Assembly (NCBI RefSeq): GCF_001465295.1
Contig: NZ_CP011034.1
Span: 1,530,001 to 1,562,000, forward strand
Direction: 5' to 3'
DNA length: 32,000 nucleotides
Source: Pseudoalteromonas translucida KMM 520
Lineage (GTDB): Bacteria; Pseudomonadota; Gammaproteobacteria; Enterobacterales; Alteromonadaceae
Position numbers and translations under genes: made by a program. Positions 18,888-27,949 of this stretch are shown in pieces; the stretch's first letter is position 1; each line of letters begins with the position of its first letter. The notes beneath the pieces were generated by a model. That model was given only the letters and a program-made list of their open reading frames with translations. It made no database searches and was not told where the DNA came from.

Positions 18888-20384
18888 ATGAATAATAAAA
18901 TAACAAATGTGGTAATCGCCGGCGGAGGCACAGCAGGCTGGATCACGGCAGCCTTATTAAATAAAGTATTGGGTAACGTGATCAACATCACCTTAGTTGA
19001 GTCTGATCAAATAGGGACTATTGGTGTAGGAGAGGCGAGTATTCCGCCAATTTTGCATTTAAATGGCGCGTTAGGCATAAATGAACAAGAGTTTATTAAT
19101 GCCACTCAAGCAACGATTAAATTAGGTATTGAGTTTGAAAATTGGCGCGAGCAAAATCATAAATACATGCATGCCTTTGGTAGCATAGGTAAAGATTTTC
19201 CGTTTTGTGAGTTTCACCACTTTTGGCTAAAAGCAAAACAGCAAAACCGCGCTCCCGATCTGTGGGATTTTTCTGTTAACTACCAAGCGGCAAAAGCAGG
19301 TAAATTCGCCCATTTACGTAATTTGCCTAATACCCAATTACTAGGGTTACATTATGCTTATCATTTTGACGCAACCTTATATGCCAAACTGTTAAAAAAA
19401 CTTGCGCAGCAGCGCGGTGTTAAACGTGTTGAAGGTAAAATAAAAAGCGTGCAGCAGTGTCAGCAGTCAGGTGATATACAAGCATTAACACTAGAGAGTG
19501 GTTCAGTAATTAAGGGCGACTTATTTATTGACTGTACCGGGCTAAGTGCATTATTAATTGAAAAAACCTTAAATACAGGCTTTGAAGACTGGTCGCATTG
19601 GCTGCCTTGCGACAGGGCAGTAGCAGTGCAAAGTGAATCAGCGAATGAGCCAGTACCGTATACTCGCTCTATTGCCCAAAATGCTGGTTGGCAATGGCAA
19701 ATACCTTTACAGCACAGAGTTGGTAACGGCTTAGTGTTCTCGAGCCGCCATTTAACAGATGACGAAGCAAAGCAGCAATTACTCGCTAATTTGCCCGGCA
19801 AAGCAATAACAGAGCCGCGGGTGATCCGTTTTAAAACGGGGCGTCGTCGCTTACAATGGCATAAAAATGTGGTTGCTATTGGACTCTCAAGTGGGTTTTT
19901 AGAGCCGTTAGAGTCAACCAGTATTCATTTAATTCAAACAGCGGCTATTCGGTTAATTAAGATGTTTCCGCATAATGGGATTAAACACTCGCAAGTAACT
20001 ACATATAACCTGCAAAGTAAAACCGAAATAGAACGCATACGCGACTTTATAATTTTACATTATAAGCTTACCACCCGCACAGATAGCGCATTTTGGCGTC
20101 AATGTCAGCAAATGAGTATTCCCGAAACGCTGCAACAAAAAATAACCTTGTTCAAACAAACAGGCAAGATCATTCGAGAAGACGACGAGCTTTTTGCCGA
20201 GCCAGCGTGGCAGCAAGTAATGATAGGACAGGGGCTTGCAGCAGATGATTATCACCCGTTAGCCAACGCCCTAACTGATGAGCAGCTGCTCGCATTATTT
20301 TCTGATTTAAAAGCTTTGATTAACCACACGGTTGAACAACTCCCTTCCCATAGTGAATTTTTATCTAGGATGAAAAATAATTAA
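18888..20384 (+). CDS. Flavin-dependent tryptophan-halogenase-family protein
   Basis: N-terminal FAD motif [11 protein letters not shown], then GVGEASIPP, the Lys-containing ATIKLGIEF (Lys78), the WxWxIP motif GWQWQIPL and [15 protein letters not shown]. These are all signature blocks of PrnA/RebH-type halogenases. Confidence 0.85.
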   Translation: MNNKITNVVIAGGGTAGWITAALLNKVLGNVINITLVESDQIGTIGVGEASIPPILHLNGALGINEQEFINATQATIKLGIEFENWREQNHKYMHAFGSIGKDFPFCEFHHFWLKAKQQNRAPDLWDFSVNYQAAKAGKFAHLRNLPNTQLLGLHYAYHFDATLYAKLLKKLAQQRGVKRVEGKIKSVQQCQQSGDIQALTLESGSVIKGDLFIDCTGLSALLIEKTLNTGFEDWSHWLPCDRAVAVQSESANEPVPYTRSIAQNAGWQWQIPLQHRVGNGLVFSSRHLTDDEAKQQLLANLPGKAITEPRVIRFKTGRRRLQWHKNVVAIGLSSGFLEPLESTSIHLIQTAAIRLIKMFPHNGIKHSQVTTYNLQSKTEIERIRDFIILHYKLTTRTDSAFWRQCQQMSIPETLQQKITLFKQTGKIIREDDELFAEPAWQQVMIGQGLAADDYHPLANALTDEQLLALFSDLKALINHTVEQLPSHSEFLSRMKNN

Positions 20385-22241
20385 ATGAAAAAGCTAATTA
20401 AAGCACTGTTTGCTACAACATTGTTTACTGCAATACCGCTTACTGCAATAAAGGCACAGGCCATGTCTGTATCGCCACAAAATTGGTGGATTGGCATGCA
20501 AAATGAGGCACTGCAAGTTATGTTGCATGAGCCAAACATTGCTAAACAACAGTGGCAATTAACCCCCTACAATGGGGTTAAGTTAATCAGTATTGGCAAA
20601 ACAGATAATCCTAATTATGCGTTTTTAAACCTAAAAATAACGTCGCAAGCAAAGCCTGGTAATTTAGTGTTTACCAGTCCAGCGGGTGAGCGTTTTGAAT
20701 ACCCGCTGCATACTCGCAGTAGCAATAGTGCCAAGCGTAAAGGCTTTAACAGCCAAGATACCCTTTATTTAATTAACCCAGACCGTTTTGTAAATGGCGA
20801 TAGCAGTAACGACACCCTAGCAGGCATGTTAGAGGCAGCTGCTCCAAAAAGTAAAGGTGGGCGTCACGGTGGCGACTTACAAGGGGTGATCAATGCACTT
20901 CCATATTTAAATGATTTAGGGGTAACTCAATTGTGGTTAACCCCAGCGCTTGAAAACAATATGCCAAGCTACTCTTATCATGGTTATGCTATTACTGACT
21001 TTTATAATATAGATCCCCGCATGGGCAGTAATGAGCTGTACCAAGAGCTGTCAAATAAAGCGCAGCAGCAGGGTATTGGGTTAGTGATGGACTTTGTACT
21101 TAATCACTTTGGCTCTGAGCATGTGTGGATGAGTGACAAGCCAACGTCTGATTGGATTAATTTTAATGGTGAGTTTGCCAATGGTAAGCATGCCACTAGT
21201 CATGCAAGGCAAACCATTCAAGACCCTCACGCCAGCCAGTTCGATAAACGCCAATTTAGCGATGGCTGGTTTGTAGAAACCATGCCCGATCTAAACCAGC
21301 GTCAACCTTTGTTGGCAACCTACCTAATTCAAAACACCATTTGGTGGATTGAGTATGCAAATTTAAGCGGTATTCGAGTAGATACATATTCATACTCAGA
21401 CAAAGCTTTTTTAGCCAATTGGACCAAAGCAATTATGAGTGAATACCCAGCGTTTAATATTGTTGGTGAAGAGTGGACTACTAACCCAGCAATTGCATCG
21501 TATTGGCAAGCGGGCAAAAATAACAGTGACGGTTATAGCTCAAGTTTACCCAGTATAATGGATTTTTCGCTGCAAGAGGCGCTCATTCAAGCTTTAAATG
21601 AAGATGAAAGCTGGAACACAGGTTGGGTTAAAGTATACCAATCCCTTGCCAATGATTTTTTGTACCCCAACCCAAATAACCTTTTAGTATTTGCCGATAA
21701 CCACGATATGAGCCGTGTTTATACTGAGCTAAAGCAAAACCTAAATAAAACCAAAATGGCGATGACCATGCTACTTACCACCCGTGGTATTGCACAAATG
21801 TATTATGGCACCGAAGTATTACTCGATAACACAGGCAGTAACGATCACGGCGATATTCGTATTGATTTTCCGGGCGGTTTTGCTGGTCAAACAGTTAATG
21901 CCTTCACTGGTAAAGGGCTCACTAATGCACAGCGCGAGATGCACCAAACCCTACGTACGTTACTTAATTTTAGAAAACAAAGCCCTGCATTAGGTTATGG
22001 CAAGCTAACGCATTTTAGTCCACAGCAAGGTATTTACAGTTATGCACGTATAGCTGATGAACAAATAGTGTTGGTATTTTTGAATAAAAATAAGCAGGCA
22101 AAAAATTGGTCGTTAGGGTATATGCAAGAGGTGGTTAAGCAGCATACAACAGCAACAAACCTGTTTACTGAGCAGCAAATTAATTTAACTGATGCAATAA
22201 CATTAACACCCATGAGCGCCACAGTATTAGTGATTGAGTAA
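20385..22241 (+). CDS. Periplasmic/secreted GH13 enzyme with cyclomaltodextrinase-type N-terminal domain (neopullulanase/cyclomaltodextrinase-like)
   Basis: The ATG directly abuts the halogenase TAA. It has the signal peptide MKKLIKALFATTLFTAIPLTAIKAQA. GH13 regions are present: DRFVNGDSSND, GGDLQG, YHGYAITDFY, MDFVLNHFG, GIRVDTYSY, VGEEW and FADNHDMSR. Confidence 0.85.
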   Translation: MKKLIKALFATTLFTAIPLTAIKAQAMSVSPQNWWIGMQNEALQVMLHEPNIAKQQWQLTPYNGVKLISIGKTDNPNYAFLNLKITSQAKPGNLVFTSPAGERFEYPLHTRSSNSAKRKGFNSQDTLYLINPDRFVNGDSSNDTLAGMLEAAAPKSKGGRHGGDLQGVINALPYLNDLGVTQLWLTPALENNMPSYSYHGYAITDFYNIDPRMGSNELYQELSNKAQQQGIGLVMDFVLNHFGSEHVWMSDKPTSDWINFNGEFANGKHATSHARQTIQDPHASQFDKRQFSDGWFVETMPDLNQRQPLLATYLIQNTIWWIEYANLSGIRVDTYSYSDKAFLANWTKAIMSEYPAFNIVGEEWTTNPAIASYWQAGKNNSDGYSSSLPSIMDFSLQEALIQALNEDESWNTGWVKVYQSLANDFLYPNPNNLLVFADNHDMSRVYTELKQNLNKTKMAMTMLLTTRGIAQMYYGTEVLLDNTGSNDHGDIRIDFPGGFAGQTVNAFTGKGLTNAQREMHQTLRTLLNFRKQSPALGYGKLTHFSPQQGIYSYARIADEQIVLVFLNKNKQAKNWSLGYMQEVVKQHTTATNLFTEQQINLTDAITLTPMSATVLVIE

Positions 22242-22251
22242 ATTGCTTAAC

Positions 22252-22265
22252 TGAATACGTATGCA
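22252..22265. promoter_or_regulatory. TGAATACGTATGCA; candidate LacI-family operator (site 3)
   Basis: The 14-mer is identical to site 2. It lies in the 98-bp gap upstream of the GH13 lipoprotein gene and is immediately followed by a GCGACTG-N5-CAGTCGC hairpin (22266-22284). Confidence 0.5.
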
Positions 22266-22339
22266 GCGACTGTCAGTCAGTCGCGCTTCACACTAGTATT
22301 AAATTCATAACAAAAACGACAAAGTAGTAAAGTAGCACT

Positions 22340-24220
22340 ATGACAATAATGAAGATAATTAAATATAGCCCTTTGCTTTTAGCCAGCAGCATTTACCTAA
22401 CAGGCTGCTCAGATAGCGAAATACAAGCTAATCAAATTAATGAGCAATTAACTAAATCTCCAGATGAGATCAGCAAACCTGTTGTATACCAAGTATTCAC
22501 TCGTTTGTTTGGTAACACTCAAACGGCGAATGTACCTTGGGGCACTAAAGAGCAAAATGGGGTTGGCAAATTTGCCGACTTTAATGACGCCGCATTGCAA
22601 GGTATTAAAGAATTAGGCACCACCCATGTTTGGTATACCGGCGTGTTGCATCATGCGCTGGTGGGCAATTATAGCCAATACGGGATAAAACAAGACGACC
22701 CCGATGTAGTTAAAGGCCGTGCGGGTTCGCCTTATGCAATAAAAGATTACTACGATGTAAACCCAGATCTTGCAGTAAACCCAGAGCGCCGCTTAGCAGA
22801 GTTTTCTGCACTTATTGAGCGCACTCATCAACATGGTATGAAAGTGGTTATTGATATTGTGCCAAACCACGTGGCGCGTAACTATCATTCAATTGCTAGG
22901 CCTGCTGGTGTAAAAGACTTTGGCGAGCAAGACGATACCAGTAAAGAATATGCGCGTAATAATAACTTTTATTATGTACCAGGGCAGTCGTTTCAAGTAC
23001 CTAGCTCTGAGCAATATCAAGTTTTAGGGGGAGATGCACACCCATTAGCCGATGGCTTGTTTAACGAAAGTCCTGCTAAATGGACAGGTAATGGCGCGCG
23101 TGCAGCTAAGCCCGATATAAACGACTGGTACGAAACTGTAAAAGTAAACTACGGGGTTAAACCCGATGGCAGTTATGACTTTCCAACCCTACCAGCAAGC
23201 TTTGCAACGAAAGATGCCCGAGCGCACTATGAATTTTGGCAAGACAAAAACCTACCTAATAGCTGGTATAAATTTCGCGATATTGCACTATTTTGGTTAG
23301 ATAAAGGCGTAGATGGCTTTCGCTATGACATGGCCGAAATGGTGCCAGTTGAATTTTGGAGCTTTTTAAATTCGGCAATCAAAATGCAAAACCCTAATGC
23401 CTTTTTACTTGCCGAAGTATATAACCCAAAAATGTACCGAGGTTATATTCATCAGGGCAAAATGGATTACTTATACGACAAGGTGGGTTTTTACGACACG
23501 CTAAAAGCTATTATGCAAAATAAGCAAGCTGCGAGCACTATTTTTGATGCACAACAGCAAGTTGCCGATATAGAACAGCACATGCTGCACTTTTTAGAAA
23601 ACCACGACGAGCAACGTATTGCCAGCCCCGATTTTGCAGGTAACGCGCTATGGGGCAAACCAGCCATGGTGGTATCTACGTTAATTAGCCGCTCGCCTAG
23701 CTTGTTATATTTTGGCCAAGATGTAGGCGAAGATGGCTCTGAAAACGCCGGGTTTGGCACGCCAACCCGTACCAGTATTTTTGATTATATTGGCGTTCCT
23801 GCGCATCAAGCGTGGATGAATAACGGCCAGTTCGATGGTGCTAATTTAACACCTGAGCAAGCTAGCTTACGAGAATACTACAAAGCCATTATGGCGTTAA
23901 ATAACTTACCTGCGGTAGTGGGCGGCGACATGCACGCTTTAAACGTAAAGGGTAGCGACAGGGTTGTTGCGTTTTCACGTAGTTTAGGTCGCCAAGTGAT
24001 TTTGGTACTAAGCAACTTTAGCGAGCAACAACAAACAATCACTATTAACTTAAATAGCCAAACAACTGCAAATATAGGTGCAAATTCAGCGTTACACGAT
24101 TTACTCGAAACACATAACGGTGTGTTAGTGAGTAATAACGACCAAGGTGCAAGTTTTACACTTACCCTTAATGCACTAAGTAGCGCGGTATTAACCAATA
24201 AGGTAAATAATGAACAATAA
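22340..24220 (+). CDS. GH13 alpha-amylase-family lipoprotein
   Basis: Lipobox LLASSIYLTGC-SD. GH13 regions are present: DIVPNHVA, GFRYDMAE, LAEVY and FLENHDEQR. The start could instead be the Met at codon 4. Confidence 0.85.
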   Translation: MTIMKIIKYSPLLLASSIYLTGCSDSEIQANQINEQLTKSPDEISKPVVYQVFTRLFGNTQTANVPWGTKEQNGVGKFADFNDAALQGIKELGTTHVWYTGVLHHALVGNYSQYGIKQDDPDVVKGRAGSPYAIKDYYDVNPDLAVNPERRLAEFSALIERTHQHGMKVVIDIVPNHVARNYHSIARPAGVKDFGEQDDTSKEYARNNNFYYVPGQSFQVPSSEQYQVLGGDAHPLADGLFNESPAKWTGNGARAAKPDINDWYETVKVNYGVKPDGSYDFPTLPASFATKDARAHYEFWQDKNLPNSWYKFRDIALFWLDKGVDGFRYDMAEMVPVEFWSFLNSAIKMQNPNAFLLAEVYNPKMYRGYIHQGKMDYLYDKVGFYDTLKAIMQNKQAASTIFDAQQQVADIEQHMLHFLENHDEQRIASPDFAGNALWGKPAMVVSTLISRSPSLLYFGQDVGEDGSENAGFGTPTRTSIFDYIGVPAHQAWMNNGQFDGANLTPEQASLREYYKAIMALNNLPAVVGGDMHALNVKGSDRVVAFSRSLGRQVILVLSNFSEQQQTITINLNSQTTANIGANSALHDLLETHNGVLVSNNDQGASFTLTLNALSSAVLTNKVNNEQ

Positions 24221-25700
24221 TAGCAATAAACCCGACCTAAGCTTTTGGCAAATATGGAACATGTGTTTTGGTTTTTTAGGGATTCAATTTGGGTTTGCCC
24301 TGCAAAACGGTAACGTTAGCCGTATATTTCAAACGCTTGGTGCCGACATTGATGATATACCTATTTTATGGGTAGCCGCTCCGCTAACGGGGTTAATTGT
24401 ACAACCTATTATTGGTTACTGGAGTGATAAAACCTGGGGTAAGTTAGGTCGTCGCCGTCCGTTTTTTTTATATGGTGCAATTTTAACTACACTGTCGTTA
24501 TTTATAATGCCTAACTCACCAACGCTGTGGATTGCAGCCGGTATGCTGTGGATTATGGATGCGTCAATTAACGTTACTATGGAACCGTTTCGTGCTTTAG
24601 TTGGCGACAACCTGCCTAAAAAACAGCGTGCAACAGGTTATGCCATGCAAAGCTTTTTTATAGGCATTGGCGCTGTAGTTGCATCAGCACTACCATGGAT
24701 GATGGCTAACTGGTTTGGTATTGCTAATACCGCGCCGGCTGGGCAAATTCCTGATTCAGTAAAGTATTCGTTTTACTTTGGCGCGGTAATTTTACTGGTT
24801 GCTGTAGGTTGGAGTATTCTAACCACCAAAGAATACTCGCCAGAGCAACTCGCTGCATTTAATCACCAAGAAGAGCCTGCTTCTCAAAGCCAACCAACCG
24901 CTAATATTAACTTTAGCAAAGGGGGCATAATATTTAGTGTTTTAGGCTTAGCCGTTTTAGCCTTGGTAAGCGCCTTAAATTTAGAAAAAGAACTGTATTT
25001 ATTGGCTGGCGGTTTAGTGAGTTTTGGGGTTGTTCAGTTTATAGCGGCAGCCTTGCAAGCTAAACAACTTACATCGGGTGGTTTTTATCAGGTATTAAAC
25101 GACGTATTTACTATGCCCGAAGCCATGAAACAGCTGGCGTGGGTGCAGTTTTTTAGCTGGTTTTCGTTATTTGCAATGTGGATTTATACCACTTCAGCGG
25201 TAACGGGGTTTCATTACGGCAGCAGCGATACCAGTTCCCCAGCTTATAACAACGGCGCTGACTGGGTAGGTATATTATTTGCCGCGTATAACGGCTTTGC
25301 AGCACTTGCCGCAATTTGTATTCCGATAATAGTTAAGCGCGTTGGTTTAAAGCTCGCTCATTGCTTTAATCTGGTTTTAGGCGCGCTGGGCTTAGCCAGC
25401 TTTATTGTTATTAAAGATCCCACCTTACTTATTTGGCCAATGATAGGCATTGGCTTTGCGTGGGCGTCTATTTTATCGCTGCCATACGCCATGTTAAGTA
25501 CCTCGGTGCCAAGCAGTAAAATGGGTGTTTATATGGGCATATTTAACTTTTTTATTGTTATCCCCCAGCTATTAGCCGCCAGCATTTTAGGGCTTATATT
25601 ACGCCACTTTTTTGAGAATCAACCAATTTACGCTTTGTTAATAGGCGCGGTGTCGTTTTTACTGGCAGCTGTTGCAGTATTACGCGTTAAACAATCTTAA
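24210..25700 (+). CDS. GPH/SLC45-like sugar:cation symporter (MFS fold), predicted maltose/maltooligosaccharide inner-membrane transporter
   Basis: Its start overlaps the upstream stop by 11 nt (ATGAACAATAA). It has about 12 hydrophobic segments and a GYWSDKTWGKLGRRRPFFLYG loop typical of sucrose/maltose-type GPH transporters. The substrate is inferred from context. Confidence 0.85.
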   Translation: MNNNSNKPDLSFWQIWNMCFGFLGIQFGFALQNGNVSRIFQTLGADIDDIPILWVAAPLTGLIVQPIIGYWSDKTWGKLGRRRPFFLYGAILTTLSLFIMPNSPTLWIAAGMLWIMDASINVTMEPFRALVGDNLPKKQRATGYAMQSFFIGIGAVVASALPWMMANWFGIANTAPAGQIPDSVKYSFYFGAVILLVAVGWSILTTKEYSPEQLAAFNHQEEPASQSQPTANINFSKGGIIFSVLGLAVLALVSALNLEKELYLLAGGLVSFGVVQFIAAALQAKQLTSGGFYQVLNDVFTMPEAMKQLAWVQFFSWFSLFAMWIYTTSAVTGFHYGSSDTSSPAYNNGADWVGILFAAYNGFAALAAICIPIIVKRVGLKLAHCFNLVLGALGLASFIVIKDPTLLIWPMIGIGFAWASILSLPYAMLSTSVPSSKMGVYMGIFNFFIVIPQLLAASILGLILRHFFENQPIYALLIGAVSFLLAAVAVLRVKQS

Positions 25701-25723
25701 TTTTTATAAATAACAGCAAATTA

Positions 25724-25763
25724 CTGCCTCGACCATTGCATTTTAAGGCAAGGGTAGAGGCAG
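25724..25763 (+). terminator. Imperfect hairpin after the symporter gene (weak terminator or mRNA-stabilising stem-loop)
   Basis: CTGCCTCGACCATTGC...GCAAGGGTAGAGGCAG. The stem is long but has mismatches and no T run. Confidence 0.3.
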
Positions 25764-25870
25764 CAAAATAATTAACCATTAGCCTAAAACCATTCGCAAT
25801 ATATTACAGTTGCACTTTAATTGAATGGTATACAGCAATTAGCATAAACAACAAAAACAAAGGGGATAAA

Positions 25871-27586
25871 ATGAAAACCTTTACTTTGAGTGCATTAGCA
25901 CTGGCACTTGCATTAACCGGTTGTAAGCCAGCGCCATCAACAAATACTAACACTAATAACGCTGTGACTAATGCGCAAACTAAAACAGTAGAACAGCCAG
26001 CAGACTGGTGGCAAAGTGCCATATTTTATCAAATTTGGCCGCGCAGCTTTTACGACAGCGATAACGATGGTCATGGCGACTTTAATGGCATGACAGCAAA
26101 ACTCCCATACTTAGAAGAGTTAGGTGTAAATGCACTGTGGTTAACGCCTATTTTCGAAGCGCCTTCTTATCATGGCTATGACTTTACAGAGTTTTATAAA
26201 GTTGAAAGTGACTATGGCAGTATGGCTGAGTTTGAAGCGTTTATAAAAGCCGCTGATGACAAAGGTATGAAAGTTATACTAGATTTAGTGATCAATCATA
26301 TCTCTAGTCAGCATGACTGGTTTCAACAATCTGAAAAACAACAAGCGCCATTTAGCGACTATTTTGTATGGCGTGACGATATGCCTAAAGCGGGCAGTGG
26401 CTGGGGGCATGCTTGGAGCGATAACGACAAGCCAGAAGCCGTATGGCATTGGAGTGAAACGCGCAAGCAATATTATTATGGTGCATTTGGTGCAAGCCAA
26501 CCCGATTTAAATTTACGCCACCCAGATGTGGCTAATGAAATGAAAAAAATGGCAAAGTTTTGGCTCGACAAAGGCGTAGCAGGTTTTAGGCTTGATGCAG
26601 TACGCTTTGCTATGGAAGGCGGTGCAAATGCACAAGCCGACACCCAAGAAACGATAGAATATTGGCAAGACTTTAATCAATATATAAAAAGTGTAAATCC
26701 ACAAGCTTACCTGGTAGGAGAAGCATGGGCCGATCTTCCTATTGCGGCAAAGTACTATGGCGAAGGTAAGGGGCTAGATCAAGGCTTTGACTTTGAAGTA
26801 GGCTATAAAATTTTGAGCTTACTTAAAACCGATACCGACACAGATGTGCTGTTTGGTACTATGCCATCTAATGAGCAGCACAAAGCTAAAAATGCACTCA
26901 TCCTTGATGAAAACTTACAACAACGTAAAGACTCGCAAGCACCACTGCACTTTTTTACACCGTTTTTAACTAATCACGATCAAGAACGAGTTGCTTATCA
27001 ACTTAAAGAGCACGATGGTAAAGCAAAACTAGCAGCGGCCATGTTATTTAGCTCGCCAGGCACACCGTACATTTATTACGGTGAAGAAATAGGCTTAACG
27101 CAGCAGCGCATCGGTGACGATGTGTATAAACGTGCGCCCATGCAGTGGGACAATAGTCATCAAGCGGGCTTTACGCAAAGTGACAATAGTTGGGTTGAAG
27201 AAACGGCATTATTTGGTGATGACTTTGCAAACTGGTGGCCAGAGTTTCTTGCTAAGCAACTAGCAGCAGGCGATCGTAGTGTTGCAGCGCAGCAAGCACA
27301 ACCAAATTCTGTTTGGCGTTTATATCAGCACTTAATCGCAATGAAAAAGCAGCGCCCAGAATTTACTATTAACGGCAGTTATCAGCTAACGCAGCACGAC
27401 AATGGCATAGTAGAAATAACGCGAGAGTTAAACGGCAGTAAAAGTATTTTTGTACTTAACCTAACCGATAAAGCTCAAAGCATCAGCAGTATTGCACGCG
27501 ACGGTTTAACAGCCAGTTGGCAGCACGATCTCAATGGCGATCAACTTGCCGCTTACGGTTTATTGTTACTAAATAACACACTGTAA
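25871..27586 (+). CDS. GH13 lipoprotein (alpha-amylase / alpha-glucosidase-like)
   Basis: AGGGGA Shine-Dalgarno upstream. Lipobox LALALTGC-KP. GH13 regions are present: YQIWPRSFYDSDNDGHGDFNG, DLVINHIS, GFRLDAVRF, VGEAW and FLTNHDQERV. Confidence 0.85.
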   Translation: MKTFTLSALALALALTGCKPAPSTNTNTNNAVTNAQTKTVEQPADWWQSAIFYQIWPRSFYDSDNDGHGDFNGMTAKLPYLEELGVNALWLTPIFEAPSYHGYDFTEFYKVESDYGSMAEFEAFIKAADDKGMKVILDLVINHISSQHDWFQQSEKQQAPFSDYFVWRDDMPKAGSGWGHAWSDNDKPEAVWHWSETRKQYYYGAFGASQPDLNLRHPDVANEMKKMAKFWLDKGVAGFRLDAVRFAMEGGANAQADTQETIEYWQDFNQYIKSVNPQAYLVGEAWADLPIAAKYYGEGKGLDQGFDFEVGYKILSLLKTDTDTDVLFGTMPSNEQHKAKNALILDENLQQRKDSQAPLHFFTPFLTNHDQERVAYQLKEHDGKAKLAAAMLFSSPGTPYIYYGEEIGLTQQRIGDDVYKRAPMQWDNSHQAGFTQSDNSWVEETALFGDDFANWWPEFLAKQLAAGDRSVAAQQAQPNSVWRLYQHLIAMKKQRPEFTINGSYQLTQHDNGIVEITRELNGSKSIFVLNLTDKAQSISSIARDGLTASWQHDLNGDQLAAYGLLLLNNTL

Positions 27587-27600
27587 ATAGCATACTTATT

Positions 27601-27634
27601 ATAGGGGGTAACATACGTTACCCCCTATTTGTTA
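27601..27634 (+). terminator. Rho-independent terminator closing the glucan locus
   Basis: ATAGGGGGTAAC-ATAC-GTTACCCCCTAT (12-bp perfect stem) followed by TTGTT. Confidence 0.8.
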
Positions 27635-27949
27635 CTACGCACAGTCCCCTCCGTTCGCCCTTTGTAAAAACACGATTTAAAGGGAAGTTTCACAAAGTCA
27701 CACATCAGATCACATTAAAGTAAAGCTGTGCATATAAGCACTTACTTGCATTTTGCCCTATAACATTATTAAAAGTCGTTTTGGGATATTTTAACAAAGG
27801 CAATTTTATAGCACACGTAATTACTTGTTTACATTGTAGTTATTTAGTGGAATTATTGATCTATGTGATATACGCCGTTTTGGGGGGTTATAAACCCCCA
27901 TAGTGTTGTTCAGTAAGCTGTTATACCCTTTGTCGTAAAATTCAATATA

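Noticed and set aside
18888-20384. Halogenase gene as a marker of a halogenated natural-product biosynthetic cluster.
   Set aside because: No NRPS/PKS, carrier protein, tailoring enzyme, flavin reductase or exporter lies nearby. All neighbours are glycan uptake or degradation genes.
25804-26704. ORFs overlapping the last GH13 gene (25804..26022 -, 26285..26500 -, 26313..26510 +, 26513..26704 -).
   Set aside because: All lie within or antisense to a GH13 frame that carries every conserved catalytic region. They are judged spurious.
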